A stretch of DNA of 64,000 nucleotides from positions 62,001-126,000 of the forward strand of contig MU058387.1 of the NCBI GenBank assembly GCA_013265495.1. Direction: 5' to 3'. Numbering within the stretch: the first letter of the stretch is position 1; every line of letters starts with the position of its first letter. A program made the position numbers and the translations under genes. The notes beneath the pieces are model-generated. The model was not told where the DNA came from. It ran no database searches and saw only the letters and a program-made list of their open reading frames with translations. Below, piece after piece: positions 39,396 through 52,317 of this stretch. Origin of the DNA: Vicugna vicugna (Eukaryota).

Positions 39396-39973
39396 TGACA
39401 TCACTGGCATCTCACACAGCCTTTGATTAATTATCAAATCATCAAATGTGTCACCTGTAACATCCAAGTATTTGAGGGAAGGGCTGTGATACCACAATGG
39501 GGACAAGTTAACAGTGGCTTCCTCATTCTATTAGTCTCCTTCAGTACAAAAATACCCAACTTGAAGCTAACTCTGAAAAAATGGACAAGTAACAAACATA
39601 TTTCTACAAAAAATTGTAGACTGACTACTGTAACAATGAAGTCTGCACAAGGAAAGAACAATAAAGCAGCGGAACCATCACTTCTTTTAGAAAGAGCCCT
39701 TCATCAATTTAATTATGACGTGGAGTTTATGTCTGCATCTGGGTAGAAGGTAGCCAAAAAAATTCAGAGTGATTAAGATAGCTATTTGGAGTAAAGATTT
39801 ATATTCTTTAATAGTAAACATTAAAACTATATTCTTTCTGTATTCTTACATCCTTTATAATAGTACAGGGTCATCATGGGTATTATTAAATACAATGTAT
39901 TTTAAATGAGAGCCATAATATTTGGTACCTTAAAGATAAAATACTTATAACATTGTATAAAAGATTAGTTCTG

Positions 39974-39975
<2 letters not shown>

Positions 39976-40007
<32 letters not shown>
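39976..40007. repeat. (GT)16 microsatellite
   Basis: Perfect 32-nt array. Confidence 0.97.
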
Positions 40008-40011
<4 letters not shown>

Positions 40012-40439
40012 CGACTGCAGTTCATAATCTGCAGTCCAAGCTTGTTTGGCTTCCTGTTTTTGTGACTGGTTCCATTATTGCTTGTTGTTGTGCAATCAAG
40101 AAAGTCAAGACAACCCAAAGAACATCTTGTATTAAGATAATCTTAACCAACAAACTCAATTTTTATTACATTTTTCTAGAAGAATCTGTTTTGTATTTTA
40201 TGACATGGGGAAAATTCAGATATCATCTACTCAAAATATAAATAAAATAATAGTTAATTTTAAAAGCCAGAAGGACCTAATAGTAAAAGAAAATTAATTT
40301 ATTTCTATCTGTCTGAACTTTCATGGAATATTATCTCCTAAATTTAGTGGGTGACTTCAGAAAAACTGTGATTTAATCTTTCATTCCATTCAAGATTTCC
40401 TTCCTAATATTCAACATTTAGAATGATTTTGTCATTGCT

Positions 40440-40800
40440 GTTTAGTCCCAGGAGGTCCTTTCCTTGCCAAATAACTGTTTTTATAGGATAGATAAACATT
40501 ATCTATAAACATTAGATTTTTTCATAATTGAAATTAATCTCCTTTCATCCTTGGTCCTATTTATGTTCTCTGGACCAATCCAAGGGATCTGTCTCTTCCA
40601 GAATACAGTTAATAGGATACTTGAAAATGACTATCAGATATGTTGTTCTGTCTTCTCTCCTGGCCTAATATTTTATATACTTCAAACTATCTTCATGTAA
40701 ATTTCTTTTCACCATACTGATTAACGGTTTATAAATGTAGTGGTCAAAACTGTAACCATGATTCAAGTAATAGCCTTGATAATTTAAATTTTGACTAGGA
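40440..40800 (-). mobile_element. L3/CR1 fragment
   Basis: ttggtcctatttatgttctctgga...tctcttcca...atacttgaaaatgactatca...gtcttctctcctggcctaa matches antisense L3. Confidence 0.65.
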
Positions 40801-42079
40801 GTGTTTGAGATTTAATCACTTTCGTATCCCCCACAATACAATACATTGTCTTTAGTATGTATCTCACTGATAACTACGTTTGCAATGATCATGTACAGAT
40901 CATGAATAGCATCTTTCAATATGGCTATTAATCTCCATCTCTCTTAACACATCCTAAGACCTAAGACCTTGTAACATTCATAAGTAAACCCATTATTCTG
41001 AAAGATAAATGTGCGTGTGTGTGTCTAGCTTTCAGTCTGGATTTCCTGAAAACAAAGCTATCTACCACCAACCACCTCTGTAATCTCCACTCCTTCCTCA
41101 TCAGATCTGCCATTTTTGGTTGGAGTTTTTTTGTTGTTGTTGTTGTTGTTTTTGATTTTGCAAAGGACCTGGCTTGAAGAAAAATAGCTGGAGTTAGTCA
41201 GAAGGTGGAAGGGAGAAATAAGGAAGTGTGGTAAATTAGTAGAGGCTATTATATGACTTTCCATAAGAAGGACAGAAAGCACATGGAATTCTAGAGACAC
41301 TGAAAGAATAGACATAAGAAAAAATGCCTAGAATAAAGTCTTATACAGTGCTCTGAAGCTTGTTATAAGCAAGTCGCATTCCGTAATGGTTACAATGAAA
41401 CTCACCGCTCATGTGTGTCTGCAAAAGACCTGATCTAATGAGATCATATGCCATATGTCCCACTTCCAGTATTTTTCTGATAAAGATGTTTATTGTCTTT
41501 GGGGAAAAACAAAGATAAAGGATCTTACAGTACATAATAATATTACCCGAAATGAGAAAACCAGAACAATTTTGGCCCAGCCTAAGAAGTAGAAGCTAGA
41601 GGCAAATAAGAATAAAATGAATTAATAATTAAATATTTACTGGCACTGCAAAATGCTCAGCACCAATTATGTGCAGAGAGTTCTAGGGCCAAGTGTAAGA
41701 GCTGACCTCTACAACAGAGGAGCTGACATTCTATTGGGAGATGATGATGGCGACGGTGATGACAGGGATGCGGAGAACTTGTCTAAACTGAACTGAGTGC
41801 TGACCACCCTGGCAAGTCCTTTTCACAGAATAAGCAGTTACTCATGATGAGCTGACCAGTGAGGTAAAGTCACAGCAATGAAGATACCAAGGCACATAAA
41901 ATTACATAACCTAAGCATTTTTCTAGGCTAGTGGATGACTGGCTAAAACAGTATGTCACACTAGGTATTCCTGGATGCCTAACCACAGCTGAACCATACT
42001 GACTAGCAGGAAGAAAGAATAAAAGCCTTTTTTCACATCACAAAAAATTGGTAATATATTGACTGCTAAACAGGTTTAA

Positions 42080-42545
42080 AAGATGGGCATTATTATAAGC
42101 CAGAGGTAGATCCTTCAGGGAGGTTCCTTGAAGAAGATGGGCTATAAGCCAGCCTCCCCCTGATGACTATGATTTGAATCAGCAGAAGGCAGGGTATTCC
42201 ATACTGGGAAACAGAAACAATGGGGAAGATAAAAGACGCAGAACTGATATGGTGTAAAAGGGGAGGAAGAGAAGATGGCGTGTCCCAAATGAGGGGGACC
42301 GTCAATGTGAACGAAGCCAGATGAGGAGGGAGCAGCTGAACAAAAGAGCCCCTTGCGGTCAGAGAAAAGCCTACACTTCAGGCATATTCTTAGATCAGTT
42401 TAAGGGAGAGTGCCCACAAGCTCTAATAGAGTAACAGCACATTGGAACGGACCCAAAAGGATTGGCAGGAGGAAGGGCCAACGTCAGAGAAAGCAGTGAA
42501 CAATTGATTACAGCACCTGGGCACAAAGTGATGATGGTCTTGAAC
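42080..42545 (-). mobile_element. L2 fragment
   Basis: ttcagggaggttccttgaagaagatg...gaaagcagtgaacaattgattacagcacctggg...gatgatggtcttgaac. Confidence 0.6.
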
Positions 42546-42568
42546 AAGAATATAGGGAGGCAAATTGT

Positions 42569-42696
42569 GGGGAGGGTATAGCTCAGCAGCAGAGCACATG
42601 CTTAGCATGCAGGAGGTCCTGGGTTCAATCCCCAGTACTTCTGTTAAAATAATTTTTTAATTAAATGAAAAAGGAAAGAAAACGTATTTTTTAAAA
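42569..42696 (+). mobile_element. tRNA-Ala-derived SINE (Vic-1-like), full length, with ~20-bp TSD
   Basis: GGGGAGGGTATAGCTCAGCAGCAGAGCACATGCTTAGCATGCAGGAGGTCCTGGGTTCAATCCCCAGTAC follows tRNA-Ala(AGC), with Pol III A and B boxes and an A-rich tail. TSD aagaatatag(g/t)gagg(c/t)aaat at 42546-42565 and 42697-42716 (18/20). Confidence 0.93.
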
Positions 42697-43704
42697 AAGA
42701 ATATAGTGAGGTAAATAATAAAAATGATTTTCAATGAATTTTTTAAATTTTTACACTGCAGAATATCTCTTTAAAAGATATGTAAATAGATTGAACATTT
42801 ACTTTATCTCAGTAGAATTCTGTTAAAGAAATCAAGCTTAAATGCGGGTGGCTATACTCATAAGAAAGAAAACTTATAATAATGTGAACCGACAACTTTT
42901 TCTGAGTAACTGTATTTTCACTCAAGTGTAATATATTCTCTGCTATACCAGATTTTCTTAAGGAGCAAAGCCCCCTTGAGAATATTAGATATTTCTGAAA
43001 AAGTTCAGATACAGGTAGCTTGATAGAATTTGGAGCTCATTCTAGTGAAAAGAAATTGAAAAATTTCAATTGCCATCTTATCAACCTGAAATACTTAATG
43101 ACCTTTATCACCAGGGAATAGTCCTGAAGGAGAATGAAAAGGAGCTGTTGTGATGAATTCAGCTGTAACCAGCATTTTGTTTTGTGATATGTGTGATATT
43201 TTAGTTTAGTAAGTGTTATATGCTTTGTCCTGTTCCATTTGTCTTACTTGAAAAAAATTCTAAATGGAAAATTAAAAGAAAATAAGTATTATTAGGGCTT
43301 CTTGAGGACTTGTGTTGAATTGTGAGAAAACAAATCACTAGAAACAAAATGGGGATAGAAGAATGTTTACATGCAAACTGGGCGTGAGGCAGATGTGTTA
43401 GCAGATGTGTTTTGTCTTTTTGAGCAGCTTAAAAATTTTAAATTCAACTTTGGACATGAAAAGACAACAAAAAGGTGACTATTTTTCTGTAATAATGGAC
43501 ATCTTGATTTCAAATGTAATACCGTGTTTTTCACAAAGGCTGTATTTTATATCTAATTCACTGCCATTGTTTAAAGATGCACAAGAACAATGTTTCTCTT
43601 ATATTTAGTGAATCTAAAAATATTTTTGTCACAGTTCTTACAAATTTGAAAGAAGAAAAATAAAACTTTTAAAAGCATATAAACACTTTCCCACTGTACA
43701 TCTG

Positions 43705-43882
43705 GAGTGGTTGTCAAGTGGACCATCAGTGCTGCTACAAATCTACTGCATCTCCCTCGTTCAAGGCCTTTCAGACTTCAACATGAAAGTGAATCATCGG
43801 AGACCCCAGAGTTTGCCTTTTCTAACACACTTCCAGGTGTGGTTGATGAGGCTGGCTTTGGACCTCAAGGCTGTTGGTGCAG
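43705..43882. mobile_element. MER5A-like hAT MITE
   Basis: agtggttgtcaagtg...tttctaacacacttccaggtgtggttgatg...tggacctca. Confidence 0.6.
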
Positions 43883-43889
43883 CCCTAGA

Positions 43890-44076
43890 ACAGGTTTCTC
43901 TAACTCTGCACTATTGACATTTCGAACTGGATAACGTTTTGTTGTGGGAGCAGTCTTGTGTATCGTAAGATGTTTAACAGCATCCCTGGCTTGCTACAAC
44001 CAGATCTCTCCAGGTGTTGCCAAATGTATTCTGGGCCAGGGGCGAGGGTAAAACTGTTTCAAGTTGAGAACCAGTG
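43890..44076. mobile_element. MER20 hAT-Charlie MITE
   Basis: gcactattgacatt...ggataac...ttgttgtggg...gatgtttaacagcatccctggc...ttgccaaatgt...gttgagaaccagtg. Confidence 0.9.
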
Positions 44077-44575
44077 CTCTAAATTATCCATTCACTCTTC
44101 CTTGTGGACAGTGCCACCCCTCTGGAGTATGTGTATCCCAGGGAGCACACATGGATTTTCCCGTGTGGTGGGTAGATTTAAGGAAATCAACTTCCAGAGG
44201 GGGATCTTCCATATGTACTCTACCCTAAACTGATCTAAAAGCACACCTGCACCGTAGGCCTCAGTCAACATCTTCTTTCCTATTCTTTCCTCACAGTAAT
44301 CGTCTATTACATGATAAAAAGTCCATCTCACAGCCATCCTGAATCTTACTCTAGTGCATTGCCCCACTGACTGTGGGATATCCAACTGTAGGACGATTTG
44401 GGAATTTGAAACCTTGGTAACAAGAAGCCTCCTGTAATCAAGGCACCTGGTGGGGATACATGTATTGATCTTTTGTACATTATTCTGTCAAGGACAAAAT
44501 ATTGTATTTAGAAACAACGTACTTTGGTTGACAGTATATCCTGAAATCTGATATGTTGCAATACGTACATTTTAA

Positions 44576-44661
44576 TATATATATATATATATGTATATAT
44601 ATATGTATTTTTAATTGAGTTATAGTCAGTTTACAATGTTGTGTCAATTTCTGGTGTACAA
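44576..44661 (-). mobile_element. Minimal L1 3' stub with (AT)n tail and 17-bp TSD
   Basis: ttttaattgagttatagtcagtttacaatgttgtgtcaatttctggtgtaca. TSD caatacgta(c/t)attttaa at 44559-44575 and 44662-44678. Confidence 0.92.
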
Positions 44662-45729
44662 CAATACGTATATTTTAAAGGATGCAGCAGAAGTACCAGA
44701 AATTTTTATTTAACTACCTCATCCCTTCCTTCCCGTTGCTATTGTCAAAGAAAAAAATCACCCCTGAAGGAGTTTCCTATGAGATAGAAACAGGAGGTTT
44801 TGTAAGAATTTGAAGGTGGCAATGACTTGTTCATTGAAAGAACAAACTTATGGCAAGAATCTGTGCCTTATATCTATTTATCCTAGAATTAGAATTTAGA
44901 GTGAGATGGACGTCACAGAGGTATGCACTAATAGTACTGTTCAAATTTTAAAATAAAGTAAAAGTTTAAAAAAAAGTTTGAGTTGGACATGGTTAGAAAA
45001 TGACAATTTGGTTTTCCAATTGGATTCTCTGACAGATATGTTTTTGTCAACTGAATGAGCTAAAGCTGTAGCTGAAAAGTTTTGATGAAAGTAAGTTCAG
45101 AAGACATTTTAAAATAAGAAACATTGTATTAAAAATTATTGTGCCAGCAAAGGTATATACACAAAAAAAATCAGAATTTTACCATCCTTTCTGATTTATA
45201 GGTTCAGTGGGCTAGATGAAAAAGTAACAGACATAACTGTCATTTAATAAATCTTGGTGAAACTTTTAAAGAGTATTTCCTATGTACTGAGAAAATACAT
45301 GACTAATAATTTGGGGGGGAAGGGATTGCAAGCAGTTGTTTTTCTCTAACTTTTAAGTTGCACCAAAATTAAAGGTGGACCTGAGTTGTCAGCTGATAGT
45401 TTATTATAAACAATTCTTAATGATTTAAAATTATGTGAGAGGTGGCATATGTTTGAAAAGGATTGAAATATGCTTGTTTATGTGAACATGATCTCTTAGG
45501 GTTTAGAAGCAGACAAAATGTAACTGATGCTCAACCCTAAATCATTATAATAATAAAGCAGTATTTACCCACACATACATATGAACTTTGACACAAAAAG
45601 TCCATCCATCTTATTAAGAATGCATTGTCAATAACACTCTGTATGTTTGCCGAAGTGACGAAAAAGCACTGCTGCTTGGATCTCTCTTCTTTCTCAACAG
45701 AAAGAAGACTTTCTGTTGAACCCAAGGCT

Positions 45730-46095
45730 TGCAGGGTCCAAAAGTCTCCAGCTGTCAGAGAACTGAAGCTTCAGCACTCCAGCAAAGGCCATGCTCTTCC
45801 TGGACAAGCCTCAGCCAGTATTTGAGTGAGGTGTGGTTACACGGCTTGACCATTGCTGCTCAAGGCAAGATTTCTCTAAAGGCAGTTTTTGCTCTGCAGT
45901 CTTAGTGGGTTGGCAAGACTATGTCAGATATACATTGTGGCTTGAGCTCTCCCACCCAATTTCCTTCCTCCCTCTTGTACTTTTTGCAAGTATTATCCAT
46001 CTCCCCACCCCCACCTCAACCTTGATAAAACTCTTGCAGTTCTAACTCAGTCATGGTGTGTGCTGTGCGCTTCCAGAAGGACCCAGCAAATACAG
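45730..46095 (+). mobile_element. LTR16-family (ERVL) solo LTR
   Basis: ccatgctcttcctgg...cagcca...tttgctctg...ccaatttccttcctccc...ataaaactcttgcagttctaactc...cttccagaaggaccca. Confidence 0.75.
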
Positions 46096-46959
46096 GGTTT
46101 GATAGTTATGCATGCATAGAACTATATACAATTATATTATATAGAATAATTGTTCATATATTGTTACATTTATCAGTTGAGTACAAATACTTTTAAAGTT
46201 GTTTCCCTCTGGAAGAAATTTTTCAGCTCTTGCCTGCTGGCACATTAAACATTGTAAAAGTCGATTTGTGTACCCAGTTTTCTCACAGAGAAGGATGACA
46301 AAGTGAGTAATAAAAAAGATTTTCCAACATAAATATATCTCCTTAGTTTACAATTCTGAAGTTCCATTGCAAGGAGAAAAAGGGATGACGTTAACAATTC
46401 AGAGAGAGACAAGCTGGCTCCTCTTATTTTTTGAAATGGGTAATGGTAGGTTTGGAATAAGTTATGTAGGTTCCACTGAATACATTTTAAAAATGGTGCA
46501 AAAGTTTAATTTACAGAGATCAATAATTACAATATGCCAGAAACTATCTTTTGCAATATTTAAACATGGGGTGAAAAGCTAAAGATATTGATTTTTAAAC
46601 ATATGAGAAGACTCTACAGTATTTCTCAAAATTCATTTATAAGAGAAATTCAAGCAACACTGTAGACTACTGTCATAGATGATCATTTTCTTTCAAATTT
46701 CTGGTTCCTCCTGCTATTTTTCCCACTATCTGATAAGCTTGCTTCCAACTTCACTGAGAAAAGGGAAGCAACGAGGAGAAAACAGCCACCTGCTCCTTTC
46801 ATTTCTCTCTCGACTTCCTCACAACTGGGATGCACGTATCTGGCCTCCACTCCTGAGGATGGAGGGGCCGTACCTTCTCACCCTCTTACCAACCCCTGCA
46901 TTTATGCACAAGCAATAAATTTTTCAAATATTCAAGACTACCCACCAATGACTACATTT

Positions 46960-48318
46960 TTTTCCTCTGTAAAAACCAAACCAAAATACCTCTTTCCATC
47001 CCATATACCACTCCAGGTACCATCCCACTTCTCTGCTCCCCTTAACATTCCTATCAGCCTTTCACCACCAGACTTCACCAAGACTGCTGTGGTTGAGGTC
47101 TCTAGTGAGCTGCTAATTCCAAAGGTCAGTCCTCAATCCTCAGTACCTGATCATCTGCAGCATTTGACACAGTTGATCATTCCCGCCTCTTGAAAGCACC
47201 CTTCACTTTGGCTTCTAGGCCAACAGATTCCCTCCCTATGCTGATCACTTCTTCCCTGTCCCCTTTGCTCATGTCCCCTGGTTTTCTGAAGTTTTAAAAG
47301 TCGGAGTGACCCGGGGAGCACTCGTGGGCTTCTCTTGTCTACCTACTGGCACCAGCTTGCAGAGCTCTCATCCAGATGCATGCATTTAAAGAAGCTGATG
47401 ATTCCACTCTGAAATCTCCAGTCTGGACTTCTCTTCTGACCACAGAGACATAAATCTGAATTCCTACTGACTACCTCCTCTTGACTATCTAAGAAGCACT
47501 GCATAGGTAACAGGTCACAAAGACCTTGGTTCAGCTCCTTGGCTAAGCCCCCACCTTAAATGCATCAGCTACTTTTTTCTCTCTCTTTTCAAAATATATC
47601 CAGAATCGCACAACTTTTATCCCCTATGACCTGGATCCAATCAGCTACTACCTTTTGCAGGGTTCTATTGTAATGGTTTCTGCCACAGTTCTCTGACACT
47701 CAGAACTTAACACAGCACGCAGAATTAGCATATAAGAACAGAAGTGAGATTATGGTTTTATTCTGCTCAAAATCTTCCAACATCTCCCCGTCTTGCTTAG
47801 AGTGCAGGCTCAAAGCCTCCACAAGCACCAACAAGACTCCGCATACTCCAAGCTCCACCCCTACTCTGTTCATGTCTCTGACCTCCTCACTGCCTTGCTC
47901 AGGCAGTGCCAGCCACAATGGGCCCCTTGCTGTGTCTATGTCAGGCATCCATTCAGGACCTTTGCCATTGCTATTTTTTTGCCTGGAAGAGACTCCTTCT
48001 AGACATCTGCAAGACTCACACCCTCTCCTCATTCATGTCCATAAACGTCACTTTCACAAAAGGGAATTTCCTGGTTACCATATTTAAAATTGCAGCCAAC
48101 CCCAGCCCCCTTCAGAGTACCCCCATCCTCTTCCTTGCTTCATTTTCCTTCAAGTACCATTCCCAACTGATATATCTTTTATGGATACATTGTTTACAGC
48201 TCCTTCTCTTACAATGGGGTAGCCAGGAAGACAAAGACATCTGTATCTTTTTTCACAATGTTGGGAAGAGTCTTGTGCTATAGAATGTTAAATATCTGTT
48301 CCGTGAATGGACAAATGA
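46960..48318 (+). mobile_element. L2 (L2a-like), RT remnant through the 3' end
   Basis: ttcaccaagactgctgtggttgaggtc and tctgcagcatttgacacagttgatcat (SAAFDTVDH, an L2/CR1 RT motif). The 3' end reads aaatatctgtt...gaatggacaaatgaa. Confidence 0.9.
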
Positions 48319-49970
48319 AAATCACACCAAGAGAGCATGAAATGACAACTGTTTCTTTATTTGCTTGTGAGGACTCTAAGGAAAGAGATCCCCTTGATTG
48401 GATCTGATGACCTGACCCACCGATAACAAAAAAATCAACCGTGGGAAATTCAGAGTTGTTGATTTCAACTACTAGCTTCCCTTCATGAGGCAAATACATG
48501 AATACATTATGTGAATATTCTATATTTAAATGTATTTTGTTGGCCTCTTGAAGATAAAAAATAAAAAGTTCAATTACATTCAAGTCAACACAATGGAACA
48601 TTGAACCCATACATGGTTTTTAGGTTATTTTTGTTTATCTAACTAAACTGATTTTAAGATTACATAGACAGAAGGCCAATGTTTACAGTATAAACGTTAA
48701 CTTTCATTGTGTGTCTGGAGCTATTTAAGTAGTTTTAGGCCATTGGAAGATGAAATCAGAGACAGAAGGTGTACTGACCTCCCGCTCACACAATCTAATT
48801 TCCTGGTAAACAATCTCTGTTGAAAGGAAGTAAAACAGTGATGTCTATGAATTTCCAATGTCATGAGTAATAGTATGGAACCATGGAAAGACAGATCCTT
48901 CCCTTTGAAACAATCTAGATGCCTCTCACTTAAAATGTGGCGTAGTGAAACACTGAGCACCAGAAAGACTTACTAGATTTCACAAAATATGGCAAGGGCC
49001 CTAGAATAGAATGAGTGATAGAGCCCTGAATTTCCCCCATTCCACCAACGAATCCATTCTTCACTAAAATTTGAAGAATCTGTTTGGTAACTGAAATGCT
49101 ATTGATTCTGAAACCCAGGCACATGAAGAAATTGTTTCACGTGTGTTGTTTCCTGTATTGACTCTAAAAAGTTGGGATACAGAAGGTAAAGCGCTTTAAT
49201 TTAAGATGTAGGTATAGCTGAGTCAACATTTATCTAGGGTACTTTGCTCTAAGCCCAGCGTGACAGAAAGAAAACATAAAATTCTAATCATTAAGTTCTT
49301 GAGAACATTCCAATGAACAGTGACTGACTTCTAAACACCACAGGGTAAAATTTCAGGACTTTCCAAAGTAAAAGAGATAATAAGCTGCTGGCATAAAGAC
49401 AGGGATGCAATTTTTTGAAAGCGGATACTGAGTTGAACTCCGTCCCGACTATATATGAGATGTATGTGAGGAAGGGCAGAGAGAGGGAATGGACACACTC
49501 CCTAAGTGGAGCCTGGAGAAGGATGCCCTGTGGTTCTGCACTCCTGTATTTTCTATACCAAGCCGGTGTGTCTGGTTCTCTGGGTACAACTTTTCCAGAG
49601 ACAGAAAGAAAAATAATAAATCGGGTCCTTTACACTCATTCTGTATCCCAAGAGAAGTGAATCATACCCAGCCAGTGGGTTGTGCTTGTAAGGTGAGTGG
49701 AGAAAGGGACTTTTCCAACAGCTGGTGAAATAATAGCATCTCTAAAACTGAAATGAGACAGTCTATCCATAAATGTCACCATCTCACATTCCAGACTAAT
49801 GGGCAAAGAGTTATGTGGACTTTACTTTTCTGCTTAAACAGCACCTGCCAATCTTACTCCCTTAAATCATCTTCAGGACGTATTGGGAATTTTTCTCAGT
49901 AAGGAGACTCAACATTTTTATTTCTTCACTCAAAATCTAAAAAGAGATAGGGAAACCGGAGATATCCCTT

Positions 49971-50150
49971 TTTTATTTTTTTGAAATTTTTAACACCTTT
50001 ATTGTGGTATGGTTCCTGTTCAGTAAACTACACATAGTTCAAAAGTACAGTTTGATCAATTTTGATAGATGTAGATACCAATGAAACCACCACCACAATC
50101 AAGATAGCTAACATTTCCATCACTCCCCAAGAGGTGCAATTTTCGAATCA
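49971..50150 (-). mobile_element. Older L1 3' stub with probable TSD
   Basis: ctttattgtggtat...gtacagtttgatcaattttga...aaaccaccaccacaatcaagatag...aacatttccatcactcc. Flanked by gagat(a/g)tccctt at 49959-49970 and 50151-50162. Confidence 0.85.
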
Positions 50151-50329
50151 GAGATGTCCCTTCTTGACAAACTGAGTCAACTAACTATGTTGTAGGAGGA
50201 TCCAGACCCGAACACGAGAGGCTCACTCGCCTTATCTTCCATTCCAATGTTAAAGCTTAAACTATCATTTCAGTAAAGCCAGTCATAACAACTAAGGCTA
50301 CAAGGTAATCAAAATTAAATTCAGTCTGT

Positions 50330-50545
50330 AGAGCTGAACTTCCCAATACGGTAGCCATTATGCACATGTGGCTATTTAAATTAAGATTAACTAAAATTAA
50401 ATAAAAATTAAAATTCAGTTCTTCACTCAAACTAACTACATTCCAGGTGTTCCATAGCCACATGGAGCTAGCGGCTACCGTATCAGATGGTACATGTATA
50501 GACTATTTCCATCATCACAAAAAATTGTACTAAAAATTAGTGCTG
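50330..50545. mobile_element. MER3-like hAT-Charlie MITE
   Basis: ccaatacggtagcca...cacatgtggctatttaaatt...attcagttc...atagccacatg...gctagcggctaccgtat...atttccatcatcaca. Confidence 0.88.
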
Positions 50546-52269
50546 AAGTACAAATATATATATTGTAAATGATACATACTTGATATTATATATAGGTATA
50601 TAAAATATGTATTACATATGTTATTTTAGTATATAATATATATTATATAGTTGCAAAATAGTACAATCAGGGATACTGGAAAGGAATGAGGAAGACAATT
50701 TGATCCAGCTAGGAAAACACAATTTAAAGCATTCACAAATGTTTTTATTAAAACCTCCAGCTGAAGCAACTAAAACATCTTTAGCCATTATCTGAGTGTG
50801 TATTATGAAGCAGCTCATCATGTCAATAGTGGTTTTCTTGTGAAGTGTTCAGTTTACAGAGCAAAAAAATAGTTATTTCTATTTGAAGAAACAAAAAAGA
50901 GAACTTCTATTTGACTACCATTAAATTATATCTCAGCCTTTTTTGATCCAGACTAAACAGATGAAATTCAGAGCTAATTTCAGAAAACTATAAGTTTTCG
51001 TTATCGCCTTATACCATGAAAACCATAAAGACATATGGTATTTCATCAATATTTTGATTAGAAGAGCCCTTCAGAATGACCACAGACAACTTGACAGAAG
51101 AAACATGCTAAGTCTTCAATTATTCATCTCAATTTATTGTTTGAATGTCAGTCACGTATTTAACATTTAGGTGGTTTCTCTTTGTAGATATTTTCATGTA
51201 GAGGCTACTTTTAAAGTGTTTAAGTAAGTTTAGTTAGAATTAAATTGAAATACGGATTTTACCGGCTGAAACATTGTTTTCCTTGAGAGGTTTCTCTGAG
51301 ATGATAGACCGGGTTGTACTAAGCGTCAATGTCTTGTCTCTCTTTCTTTATGTCAATAGGGATCTTAAGACATAGCGGGATGGAACACAGGTGATTTAAC
51401 TGAACATCAGAACCAGCCTCCATGTTGGAGGCTAACTGCGTAGGAACATGTAACAAAGAAAGTCAGTGAGAACCACAGAAGCAGGTGCTCTTGAAGTTTG
51501 TTTTGCTTCTGTTTCATTTTCGGTTTTGCTTATTCCTTTAAGAAGAACGACATGAAAAGAGTGAAGTGGGCTAAGTTTCAGAAGAACTGTCAGAAACAAA
51601 GGAGCAGCCAGAGCTGTTCAGGAGAAGGAAAGGAGAAATGCGCAGGTAGCCAAGGAAGTCAAAAGAAAATCGTATATAAGAAGTCTTCCAGTTGAGGATG
51701 CCCTATCTCTTCATAAATTCCTTTGTCCTGTAAGACACATTATTATCGTAATTTCCATCATCCACATCTCCCCAGGTCTTACTAGCCCATAGGCACAAAT
51801 TAGACACATTCATACTAAAGTCTAGGTTAGGTGGCTGACAGCCCTGACCTGGGCTGTCCTCAACCCTCACGCCTCCCAGTTATTGAGGTGAGTCACCTAT
51901 TAATTTCATGCCTAAGCCACCCTATTTAGGCACCTGTTCACTGCCTCCAGCAATGATGGTCTCTACGAAAACAATGTGAGTGGCAGACCTAGAAAGTTCA
52001 GGGCTCCATTCCCAAGCTCTTTTCCAGTATGTGGCGAGAGCAGCGATGGGGTTTAAAAAGAAGTATCTTCTCCTAAACTATCTCTCAGATCCTGTCATCT
52101 GCGGTGCTACAAATCTATTCAGAAATACAACTCCAACAGCTCTCTCTCCGGAGGGCATAAAACCAAGCCTTCAGACTGACAGAGAAAGTGCTCTCATGCT
52201 GTTCTCTTAACCGTCTTCCTTTCCCCTGCAAAGACACTGGAATCATCTTCTCAGAAAAAATAAACAAGC

Positions 52270-52317
52270 AGATAGATGGCCAGATAGACAGATAGATAGA
52301 CAGACAGACAGATAGAT
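52270..52317. repeat. Imperfect (GATA/GACA)n microsatellite
   Basis: Read directly from the sequence. Confidence 0.85.

Noticed and set aside
42569..42642. tRNA-Ala gene
   Set aside because: It has a TSD, an A-rich tail, a mutated D-loop and degraded sister copies, so it is a SINE.
47700..48283. Cluster of ORFs on both strands
   Set aside because: They lie inside a decayed L2 element.
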